Source: Epithemia pelagica (taxonomy: Eukaryota; Protista; Bacillariophyta). From it: a stretch of 64,000 bases of DNA. The position numbers and the translations under genes were made by a program. Under the pieces are notes generated by a model. It was given only the letters and a program-made list of their open reading frames with translations, ran no database searches and was not told where the DNA came from. Shown here piece by piece: positions 1 through 8,755 of the stretch. The stretch spans positions 3,410,001-3,474,000 of the forward strand of contig OX337233.1 in the NCBI GenBank assembly GCA_946965045.2, written 5' to 3'. Numbering within the stretch: the stretch's first letter is position 1; each line of letters begins with the position of its first letter.

Positions 1-333
1 ATAGGTCTACATACTTTCATACTTTTTCACCCATGAACCTGTATTTTATAGTCGTCTACATGGCTATCCTCGTTTCCGTTCCTTTGGACTCTGTCTTGGA
101 CTCTGTCTCGGTTGTGCCTCTCTCATCGAGGGAGTATGCACAAGTTTGTTGGTCATCGTGTACGCCATATCTTCGGATGGGACCTTCCCTTCGGTTCCAA
201 CTCTGTGACGCTTGAAACCCGTCGTCGTTAATACCCCAGGCAAAGCAAAAGAGACACAGGATCCTGTCACAAGACCATTCCATCTCGCCGCGCCACCCAA
301 CCTGAATCTTCACATGGAATGTTTTGGATCATC
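1..333. repeat. Left arm (partial) of ~410 bp imperfect inverted repeat flanking the CRN-like kinase gene, unit 1
   Basis: Reverse complement of ~8159-8566. The two ORF-track translations share FQAS..WNRREG.IRRYGVHDDQQTCA.SLDERGTTETESK on opposite strands. Confidence 0.85.
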
Positions 334-349
334 TGCCAGATGTTGGGTG

Positions 350-565
350 TGCGGTACCCCTGTATGGATCCCGCCATACGTGTCACCACGTTCCATTCCC
401 GGTTCGCGTTCTTGACACTGCGATATGAATCTTCCGCCATCTGGCTGTTCCTCCTCCAGTCATTTCTCGTCGCACGTGGCTGTGGATTCCTCATTCCCCC
501 TAATTCCTCGTAAATTCCTAAAGATCACAATTTTTTATACCGTGCTATTTTACATGGGTATGGCA
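350..565 (+). repeat. Gypsy 5' LTR
   Basis: tgcggtaccc...gggtatggca; only 2 visible differences from the 3' LTR. Confidence 0.95.
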
Positions 566-693
566 CTCTGATCAGAAGCTCGAAAACTTCCCCCAACACT
601 CTTTCACCATAACCACCTGCCGTTCTTTGGCCGATCCTCGTTGATCTTATCATCCTTTGATTCCTTTCCTTTTCTTTCTTTTGCAGTCTCATC

Positions 694-3600
694 ATGAGCA
701 CAGGATCTTCCCTCGTCTCCCTTGCGGATGTTCAACGCTTCCAAAAGCGCTTCGATCAAGCCTCGGCTTCAGATTCTTCCTCTGCTCTTTCCACCCTCAA
801 GTTGAAAGACGACGACGATGACAAGTACTACGTCCGTCTCTTGCCATTCCGAGATGGCGTGGATGAAGAGCCCTCGAATCTCTTCCTGTGGGTCCTCCAT
901 TTTGTTGACAAGGTCAAGATCTCCGGTCATCCAGAGCCCTTTGCTGCCTGCTGCACCTACTTTCCCCGTGTTACCACAAGTCTCGTAGCGGACAAGTTCC
1001 ATGATGCATTCCAGGCCTTGCCTGATGGCGCCGACCTCGATGAGGCGTGTTTCAAACGGTTGATTGCTATGATCTTCGAACCCAAGTTGACGGTTTCCGA
1101 AGTCAATGCCTTTCGGGCACACCTTCTTAGCGGTCCTCGCAAGCCACCTGATATGAACGTGGATATCCATTATCACACCCTCCAGAAGATTTCCAACGGT
1201 CTCCGTTACTTGTCTAACGACAACGCTGTCCAAGCCCTCACTGACGATGAGTTGAAGCAAGCCTTCTATCTCGGCTCCCCTGTTGCTTGGCGCAACGAGT
1301 TCAAGACGGCCAATCCCTTGGTTGCAGATTTGGTGAATCATTTCAACATCACCGACCTTCTTCATGCGATGCGTGGCTATCAAAAGGTCTCCCAAGAAAA
1401 GATGGCTGCCAATGCACAGTCCCAGGCCAAGTCCCGCAATCCTCGCGATGATTCCACTTCTCGCGGTTCCACGAAGCGTTTTCGCTCCTCTAATGGTGGC
1501 CGTGGCGGTCTCCGCGGCGGCAATCGCCAGTCCAATGGTGGACGCCAAGCGTCCGGTGATCGTCCCGTCAATGACGGCGATGCCTGTCCTTACAAGGACG
1601 CGATTCCTTCGCACGCCAATCATACTTGGGCCAACTGCATCTACAACCCGCAGTCCTCCAATTTTAACCAAGAGCGTTTCAACGCCTTTCTTGCCCGTAC
1701 CGGGTCTGGTCTTCGTACCGCTACTGGGTCTCATCCCAACAATGGTTCTCAGAACCAAGGCCGTAACGGCCAAGGCTCTCGTAGCCAGGGAACTCCCTCG
1801 TCTGAAGGATCGCGCCCTATTGGTTCCAGTTGGGGCGCTGTTCCCCGTCGTTCTGGATCTGGCTCAGACCAGCATGCCTCTGAAGGCACCAGCACAGGCG
1901 ACAATCCACCGGTTGATCCGTCGTTGGCCGAGCCGTTGCCTTCTGTGCAAGACGCGGCTTATCGTGCTCGTCAACGCCCTCTCACTGATATCCGTGATTG
2001 GTCAAGTCTCCGCAATGCCGATCGAACGGTCCCCGGTATGTGTTCTTCTTCCTTTTTTACCTCATCCTCTCCGGATATTTCTCATCATCTTGATGTTCTT
2101 TTTGCTCAGCAATGTCACATCCAGACTGGCCCTCCACAGGCTATGCCGGCCGAGAATGCCATCCTCAGGCCCCAATTCTCGAGGTCCGCGAACAATTGTA
2201 CAAGATCTACGGGCGTAACATGGACATCGCCCACATCTACGACTTGTCCTCCCCTGGAGGCAACGACGAATACTGTCGCTTCCCCTTGTCTTAATCCTAC
2301 GGATGCTGTCATCGCTGACATCGTTGATCCCAATAATGGTTTTTTATCTAACCTAGATCTCTATGAAGATGTCTACTCATCTAGTTCTGTCTCTGACGCT
2401 CCTAGTTTATCTAGTCCCCTTTCGGTCGCTCCCTCTGAGCCTCCGTCTGTTCCCCTCACCATTTTGATGGCTCGGTCCATTGGTGGAGTCGAGAACACCG
2501 TCCCGTTGCGTGCCCTGCTCGATTCAGGCGCCGACAAAACGATCCTGCACGCGCGCTGTCTTCAGCCCGGCATGCATCCACGTGTAACCAATCGGTCTGT
2601 CAATACCACCATGGGTACACGCGACCACGTCTCCGAGATTCTTCTCGAAGATTTGGTTCTCCCCGAGTTTTCTCGGACCAAACACATTTCATACCCCCTT
2701 TGGGCCGATATCTTTGATGCCCCCACTTGTCGTTATGACATCATTATTGGTCGCGATCTTTTGCGTCGTTTGGGCATTGTGCTCAACTTTCACACTGGTC
2801 TCACAACTTGGGACTCCGTTGATGTCGCTATGCGCCATCGCGATTCATTCGCCACTGACCAGACATTCATGTCTCATTTCATCGACATCTTTGCCGACGA
2901 TCCCATTATTGGTGATCAATTCCTCTTGGATTCGAACTACGTTCCTACGGATCTACAAGATCTGATTGACAAACAACATCATCTTACCGATGCCCAAAAG
3001 CAAGATCTTCTTGCTATTTGGCAAGACTGTGGCAAAATCTTCGATGGCGAGCTCCGTGAATATCCGGACCGAACGCTCCATCTTCATCTCAAGCCTGATG
3101 CCCAGCCTGTCCATCATCGTCACTTTTCAGTGCCCCGCAATATACATGATACTTTCACGAAGGAGCTGTGGCGCTTCGTCGACATTGGTATCCTTGAGCG
3201 CGTCGGTTCTACCGAATGGGCTGCTCCTCACTTTGCCATTCCCAAAAAGGATGGTCGTATCCGAATGATTTCGGACTTTCGTTCTTTGAACGCCCAACTC
3301 TACCGTCGGGTCTACCCCTTTCCTCGTATCGAGGACATGCTCCGTAAACGGAAAGGCTACACGTATTCTACAAAGTTAGACATCTCCATGTGTTTTTACA
3401 CATTCCGCCTCGATGAGGAATCCAGCAATCTTTGCGTCATTACTACGCCTTTTGGCAAATTCCGTTACCGTCGCTTACCGATGGGTGTTAAACAGTCTCC
3501 TGACTTCTGTCAAGAGATTATGGAAGACGTCCTCAAGGACTTCAGCGACCATGTCGAAGTCTATATTGACGACATTGGCATCTTCTCCAATTCTTGGGAA

Positions 3601-5763
3601 GAACACGTGGACATCTTGTCCAAAGTTCTCCAACGTCTTCAAGACAAGAACTTCTCCATCAACCCTTCCAAATGTGAATGGGCCGTTAAAGAAACGGAAT
3701 GGCTCGGCCATTGGCTCACGCCCACTGGGGTCAAGCCCTGGAAAAAGAAGATTTCTGCCATCTTGGCATTGGCTCCGCCAAAAACCATGAAAGAACTTCG
3801 TTCCTTCATTGGCATGATCAATTTCTATCGCCACATGTATCCGCAACGATCACATATTCTTGCTCCCCTCACATCCATTACGGGTAACAAGACCCTCGTT
3901 TGGTCCCCGCAATGTCAACGTGCTTTCGAAAAAGCCAAGTCCATGCTCGCACATGATGCCTTCCTTCGGTATCCCGACCATAACCTTCCCTTCCATGTCT
4001 ATGTGGACGCCTCTGATTACCAGCTTGGTGCTGTAATCATGCAACAAGACGTTCCCGTCGCTTATTACTCTCGCAAGTTAAACCCTGCTCAACGCAACTA
4101 CACTACTATGGAAAAGGAGTTACTCTCCATTGTCGAAACTCTTAAGGAGTTCTGCTCCATGCTTCTCGGCTGTGCCGAACTGCACGTCCATACGGACCAT
4201 AAAAATCTTACTTACGCTACTCTCAACTCGCAACGGGTGCTCCGTTGGCGGTTGTTCCTCGAGGAGTATTACCTTATTTTTCACTATGTCCCTGGCCAGG
4301 ACAATGTCATCGCCGACGCATTGTCGCGTCTCCCTCTCTCTGAAGAGGAGGAGAAGAGTGTCTCTCCGTCGTCGACCTCCTCTACGGATGCCTCGCCGCA
4401 TCCACGATCGCTCTATGATCATAGCGGACAACACTCAGTGTTGCAAGTGCCTCATGGCCCTAATGATGACCCCCGCTCTCATCACTCGCGTGATCCTGAC
4501 GCTTTCGAATCTCCCATCTTCATGGATGAGGATTTGATCGATGTCTACCTCAATCATCCTCCCATCAACGCAAATCAACCATTGCCCGTCGATTACGCGA
4601 CGATCCATCAACACCAACAGAACGATGCCGCTCTTGTGGCCAAGTTGACCGAACAACCACAGAGATTCCATCTCCAACCCTTCCCTACGGAAAACCCACA
4701 ATACAACTTGATTTGTTATCGTCAGAATCCTAATGCCGCATGGCGTATTCGTATCCCAGACAGCCTCTTGGCCCATACCGTCAATTGGTATCACCTGTCC
4801 CTCAATCACTTGGGGTCTACACGTCTTCGCGAGACGATCTCTATGCACATGAGTCATCCTAATTTGGGTTTGTATTGTGAACAAGCCGTGGCTAGTTGTG
4901 CTACATGCCAACGCTCTAAAGTCATACATCGCCATTACGGTGAACTCCCTCATCGCGAGGTCCGAGGCAATCCATGGGCTGACATCTCTGTCGACCTCAT
5001 TGGGCCATGGAACGTTACCGTTCATGGGCAGAAATTAACATTTCAAGCCTTGACTATTATCGATAATGTCACTAACTTCTGCGAACTCATTCGCATCCAT
5101 GATAAGACGGCACGTCACGTGGGTCTGCAATTGGAAAACGCGTGGCTCTCACGCTATCCACGTCCCGTTCGTTGCCTTTTTGATCAAGGCGGTGAATTTA
5201 TTGGACATGCGTTCACGCAAGTGCTTCGAAACCATGGCATTAAGCCAGTGCCGTTGACGGCCAAGAATCCTCAATCAAATGCTCTTTGCGAGCGACTACA
5301 TTTGACTGTTGGCAACACTCTTCGTGTGATCACCAACTATGAACCACCACAAGATGCACAAAATGCTGCACTTGCCGTGGATACTGCTCTGCAGACTGCT
5401 GCGTATTCCACTCGCACTGCCATTCATGGCGCCTTGAAATATTCTCCCGGCAGCCTTGCGTTCCATCGCGACATGCTGTTCGACATCCCTATTATCGCGG
5501 ACATGGAAACAGTCCGTCTGAAACGACAACAGATTGTCGATGAACGCGCTCGTCTCGCAAATCGTTCTCGTGTCTTTCATGACTACGCTGTCAACGATCG
5601 TGTGTTGCTCCGCGCCACGAATCCGGACAAGCTTGAGCTCCGCACAAGCCCTAATCCCTTTCGGATTACACAAGTCCATTCCAATGGCACTGTGACTATC
5701 CAACGTGGTCCCCACGTCACTGAACGAATCAACATTCGTCGCCTTGTTCCATTTCGTGAATAA
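694..5763 (+). CDS. Gypsy gag-pol polyprotein (gag, protease, RT, RNase H, integrase)
   Basis: 1689 aa open frame. Cys/His knuckle-like CPYK..HANHTWANC, protease LLDSGA, RT YIDD, RNase H VDASD/EKELL/TDH/ADALSR, integrase H-H-CC and DLIGP..DQGGEF..ALCER. PR-RT-RH-IN order; no chromodomain seen. Confidence 0.97.
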   Translation: MSTGSSLVSLADVQRFQKRFDQASASDSSSALSTLKLKDDDDDKYYVRLLPFRDGVDEEPSNLFLWVLHFVDKVKISGHPEPFAACCTYFPRVTTSLVADKFHDAFQALPDGADLDEACFKRLIAMIFEPKLTVSEVNAFRAHLLSGPRKPPDMNVDIHYHTLQKISNGLRYLSNDNAVQALTDDELKQAFYLGSPVAWRNEFKTANPLVADLVNHFNITDLLHAMRGYQKVSQEKMAANAQSQAKSRNPRDDSTSRGSTKRFRSSNGGRGGLRGGNRQSNGGRQASGDRPVNDGDACPYKDAIPSHANHTWANCIYNPQSSNFNQERFNAFLARTGSGLRTATGSHPNNGSQNQGRNGQGSRSQGTPSSEGSRPIGSSWGAVPRRSGSGSDQHASEGTSTGDNPPVDPSLAEPLPSVQDAAYRARQRPLTDIRDWSSLRNADRTVPGMCSSSFFTSSSPDISHHLDVLFAQQCHIQTGPPQAMPAENAILRPQFSRSANNCTRSTGVTWTSPTSTTCPPLEATTNTVASPCLNPTDAVIADIVDPNNGFLSNLDLYEDVYSSSSVSDAPSLSSPLSVAPSEPPSVPLTILMARSIGGVENTVPLRALLDSGADKTILHARCLQPGMHPRVTNRSVNTTMGTRDHVSEILLEDLVLPEFSRTKHISYPLWADIFDAPTCRYDIIIGRDLLRRLGIVLNFHTGLTTWDSVDVAMRHRDSFATDQTFMSHFIDIFADDPIIGDQFLLDSNYVPTDLQDLIDKQHHLTDAQKQDLLAIWQDCGKIFDGELREYPDRTLHLHLKPDAQPVHHRHFSVPRNIHDTFTKELWRFVDIGILERVGSTEWAAPHFAIPKKDGRIRMISDFRSLNAQLYRRVYPFPRIEDMLRKRKGYTYSTKLDISMCFYTFRLDEESSNLCVITTPFGKFRYRRLPMGVKQSPDFCQEIMEDVLKDFSDHVEVYIDDIGIFSNSWEEHVDILSKVLQRLQDKNFSINPSKCEWAVKETEWLGHWLTPTGVKPWKKKISAILALAPPKTMKELRSFIGMINFYRHMYPQRSHILAPLTSITGNKTLVWSPQCQRAFEKAKSMLAHDAFLRYPDHNLPFHVYVDASDYQLGAVIMQQDVPVAYYSRKLNPAQRNYTTMEKELLSIVETLKEFCSMLLGCAELHVHTDHKNLTYATLNSQRVLRWRLFLEEYYLIFHYVPGQDNVIADALSRLPLSEEEEKSVSPSSTSSTDASPHPRSLYDHSGQHSVLQVPHGPNDDPRSHHSRDPDAFESPIFMDEDLIDVYLNHPPINANQPLPVDYATIHQHQQNDAALVAKLTEQPQRFHLQPFPTENPQYNLICYRQNPNAAWRIRIPDSLLAHTVNWYHLSLNHLGSTRLRETISMHMSHPNLGLYCEQAVASCATCQRSKVIHRHYGELPHREVRGNPWADISVDLIGPWNVTVHGQKLTFQALTIIDNVTNFCELIRIHDKTARHVGLQLENAWLSRYPRPVRCLFDQGGEFIGHAFTQVLRNHGIKPVPLTAKNPQSNALCERLHLTVGNTLRVITNYEPPQDAQNAALAVDTALQTAAYSTRTAIHGALKYSPGSLAFHRDMLFDIPIIADMETVRLKRQQIVDERARLANRSRVFHDYAVNDRVLLRATNPDKLELRTSPNPFRITQVHSNGTVTIQRGPHVTERINIRRLVPFRE

Positions 5764-5843
5764 ATGGGTTTTAATGCTGGCCGCCAAGCTTTCCCATTCT
5801 TGTCCGGCTCGAACTCCCTAGGTCCGACCAGGGAGAGGTAGAG

Positions 5844-6059
5844 TGCGGTACCCCTATATGGATCCCGCCATACGTGTCACCACGTTCCATTCCCGGTTCG
5901 CGTTCTTGACACTGCGACATGAATCTTCCGCCATCTGGCTGTTCCTCCTCCAGTCATTTCTCGTCGCACGTGGCTGTGGATTCCTCATTCCCCCTAATTC
6001 CTCGTAAATTCCTAAAGATCACAATTTTTTATACCGTGCTATTTTACATGGGTATGGCA
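5844..6059 (+). repeat. Gypsy 3' LTR
   Basis: Direct repeat of 350-565, preceded by the PPT and followed by the TSD. Confidence 0.95.
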
Positions 6060-6242
6060 GGGTGTGCCTACTTGTGGCGATTTAACGACTACCGTTACAC
6101 GACAAAGTGCTTGAGACGGGCATACGGTCAGACGGTCGTCAGAATGAATTTGCCCGAAAGAGACATCTATCGACCCGTGTGGCTTGCCATTTGCCATTGT
6201 ACAAGTATTGTATGATATCTAACGTGGACCCATTCTCTTCTC

Positions 6243-7700
6243 TTGTCCACAATGACGAGAATTAAGAGGAAGTACACGTCGACAATCCCAACGTTGGGCG
6301 AGGGAATTCCCCGGCTGAAGAGACTCGTCTCGGAGACGGGCCCTTCCATCCCTACGGACGAGGAACATGAGAAAGTTGCGTTTCGCGTGCGCGAGTTTGG
6401 GCTGTTAGGGCAGGAGACGTTCAGCGAAATCAAGGACTTTCGCACGAAGCTGGAGGTGATAGACGGGCGAATGACGTACGTCACAGAGAACGACATTGCT
6501 TTAACCGTTCGGAGCTTCGTTGCATCGATCGTCGATGCGCTTGGTCTAAGCGGCGATATCAAGGTCTACACCGCGATTGGCGTGTTTAAGCTTCGTCCAG
6601 ACTTGTGGGTCGTGACTCTTCATGCAATGCCTATCGGTGTCATTGAAGTAAAAAAACCAGACATTTTGGGAAACGAAACTGCTCTGGACCACCCAAACGT
6701 ACTCGGAGAACTATACGACTTCATGAAGCACCTGCCCAACTTTTATGGCGTATCCCCTGCATTTGGAATTGTAACGAATCTCAACGCGTGGCGTATCGCC
6801 TGGTTCCCAGACGCCGAAACGGACCGTTTTGCTGCGGAGGAAGAGGAGGTAGAAGAAGACCATGTCGATGCGCTTATCTCGCAAGTTCCTAGTGATAGCG
6901 TACTGTCTATCGCCTCGCACCAAATCGATAATGATGGCAAGGATGACGATGTTGACGGCGATGATGTGAAGTGCACGGCCGACGAAAAACCCACCGATCG
7001 GGTATTGCATGTCTCAAGAATCTTTCACAAGAATGAAAACGATAGCGTCGCCGTCAAAGCTATTGCGGCTGCTCTTCTGAAAATGTCGAAAGCCGAAAGG
7101 CGGCCGTACGGCGATCCTTTTCAAGATCTTGACAAGCGCTCGTTACTGAAATTCGAGAAAGGAGACAACGCGTCTGTGTTTTGGACTCGTCTGACGCTTA
7201 CCAATGGTCCCCAATGGGACAGAGTAGCTAACCCCAAGAGATGGCTCATCGCAATAGATGACCTTGGATATGGAGCCCACGGACGAGTTTGGTTGTGTTG
7301 CTCGAGCGGTGGCGCAGTCTGTGTGTTGAAGTTCGCACTCGATGGAAATGCGGCATCGCTAGATAAAGAAAAGGAAGTTTGGCAGAAAGTGTACCCTGCA
7401 CAAATCAAAGTTCATCGGGAGAACTGGTGTGGTGAGCCCGCCCTTCGAATGCCACACTTTGCGAAAGTTGCGGAAGCCGACCGAAACGACTTTGTCCCAC
7501 AGGTAAAGGCAACCTTAATGGCTAACTTTCACAACAGAGGCATTGTTCATAAAGATGTGTCTTGGAGAAACATTGGGCAGTACGTAACAATCGCTGGCAC
7601 CCCGAAGGCCATAGTCTTCGACATGGGGAGTGTGAGAGATCTGCAAGACGGTGAGGGAGAAGAATGGGTAACGGAGGCCTGCGACAAATTGATAGAGTAA
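6243..7700 (+). CDS. Crinkler (CRN)-like protein: PD-(D/E)xK nuclease domain plus C-terminal protein kinase domain
   Basis: N-half RPDLWVV..IGVIEVKKP..GELYDFM..FGIVTNLNAWRI fits the REase fold of CRN-type effectors. C-half has LGYGAHGRVW, VLKF, HKDVSWRNI and DMG kinase motifs. First ATG at 6252. Confidence 0.8.
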   Translation: MSTMTRIKRKYTSTIPTLGEGIPRLKRLVSETGPSIPTDEEHEKVAFRVREFGLLGQETFSEIKDFRTKLEVIDGRMTYVTENDIALTVRSFVASIVDALGLSGDIKVYTAIGVFKLRPDLWVVTLHAMPIGVIEVKKPDILGNETALDHPNVLGELYDFMKHLPNFYGVSPAFGIVTNLNAWRIAWFPDAETDRFAAEEEEVEEDHVDALISQVPSDSVLSIASHQIDNDGKDDDVDGDDVKCTADEKPTDRVLHVSRIFHKNENDSVAVKAIAAALLKMSKAERRPYGDPFQDLDKRSLLKFEKGDNASVFWTRLTLTNGPQWDRVANPKRWLIAIDDLGYGAHGRVWLCCSSGGAVCVLKFALDGNAASLDKEKEVWQKVYPAQIKVHRENWCGEPALRMPHFAKVAEADRNDFVPQVKATLMANFHNRGIVHKDVSWRNIGQYVTIAGTPKAIVFDMGSVRDLQDGEGEEWVTEACDKLIE

Positions 7701-7718
7701 CACGGACTTTGATTTCGG

Positions 7719-8010
7719 TACGATTCGGTTCAATATCCCAGTCACGTTCCCATTTCAGAGCAGTCACAAAACTTGATTGAGAGTATGTTGCATTCGGATC
7801 CCAAACAGCGACCGTCGTTGGAGTAAGTTGCCAATCATCCATTCTTGTTTCATCGTTGCATCCCACAGTCGGCGCCATTGATGGCGTTACAAGCACCACC
7901 GACCTGGACGTTTGACGATCGTAAGTTTCTTTAATAGCATGATCGGGTTGCTTCAGTTCCTCTCATCTCACCCGCTCTCCTTCTAGATGTTCGCCGATAT
8001 TGTCGGATTC
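7719..8010 (+). pseudogene. Fragment of a Ser/Thr (Polo-like) kinase gene with a premature stop and a retained intron
   Basis: Reads YPSHVPISEQSQNLIESMLHSDPKQRPSLE*VANHPF (kinase subdomain XI; TAA at 7824-7826), then a gtaagt...ttctag intron at 7921-7986. Confidence 0.6.
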
Positions 8011-8158
8011 ACTGCATGGAGTTCAGCCCGAGAGCCCAAACAAGTTTTTCTTTTATCGGAGACAATCTATCAAGAGTTTGACCCCATGTGAGTACAACAT
8101 GTATGCATAGGCCCTCACCTTCATGATATTTCAACAGCTCACACAGTTGGTGGATTTT

Positions 8159-8566
8159 GATCCAAAATATCCGGTTCCCTTCCATGTCAAGATTCAGGTT
8201 GGGTGTCGCGGCGAGATGGAATGGTCTTGAGACAGGAGTCTGTGTCTCTTTTGCTTTGCCTAGGGTACTACCTAGTTACGACGGGGTTCAAGCGTCACGG
8301 TTTTGGAACCGAAGGGAAGGGTCCATCCGGAGATATGGCGTACACGATGACCAACAAACTTGTGCATGCTCCCTCGATGAGAGAGGCACAACCGAGACAG
8401 AGTCCAAAGGAACGGAAACGAGGATAGCCATGTTGTAGACGACTATAAAATACAGGTGCATGGATCAAAAAGTATCTAGTAGACCTATTGTCATTGTCGC
8501 TTCTCTCATAGACACCAAAAACCCTGAGCTGCAATATGAAGCAATGCCAGAGTTGGAACTCCAGGC
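8159..8566. repeat. Right arm of the inverted repeat, unit 1
   Basis: Imperfect reverse complement of the left arm (full-length left arm visible at 23682-24089). Confidence 0.85.
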
Positions 8567-8755
8567 AGCGTTGGATTTTGAAATAGAAATAGAAATGAGA
8601 AGGTCTATGCAACGGATCTAAAAGCTATACTAAAAAAAAAAAGGAACAATCTATTTTAACGCTGCCGCGCGTACCCGCTAGGGTATCGTCGACCGACGCG
8701 CCCGGCCTCAGAAAACTAAGGCGAGGACTAACAAATCAAGAAAAAGGTTGGAACA

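Larger units (their letters stand above)
350..6059 (+). mobile_element. Full-length Ty3/Gypsy LTR retrotransposon, copy 1
   Basis: Two 216 bp TG...CA LTRs (350-565, 5844-6059). 5 bp TSD GGGTG at 345-349 and 6060-6064. Polypurine tract agggagaggtagag at 5830-5843. Single gag-pol ORF. Confidence 0.97.

Noticed and set aside
33-333. Short ORFs within the inverted-repeat arms
   Set aside because: Frames are not conserved between the two arms (indels) and no motif was recognised; treated as repeat sequence.
345-349. Site-specific Gypsy integration at GGGTG
   Set aside because: A flanking variant shared by the two filled units favours one insertion followed by duplication.
769-2218. Long antisense and alternative-frame ORFs over Gypsy gag (769-1773, 1364-2218; repeated in copy 2)
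   Set aside because: Shadow ORFs of a GC-balanced, low-complexity coding region; no motifs.
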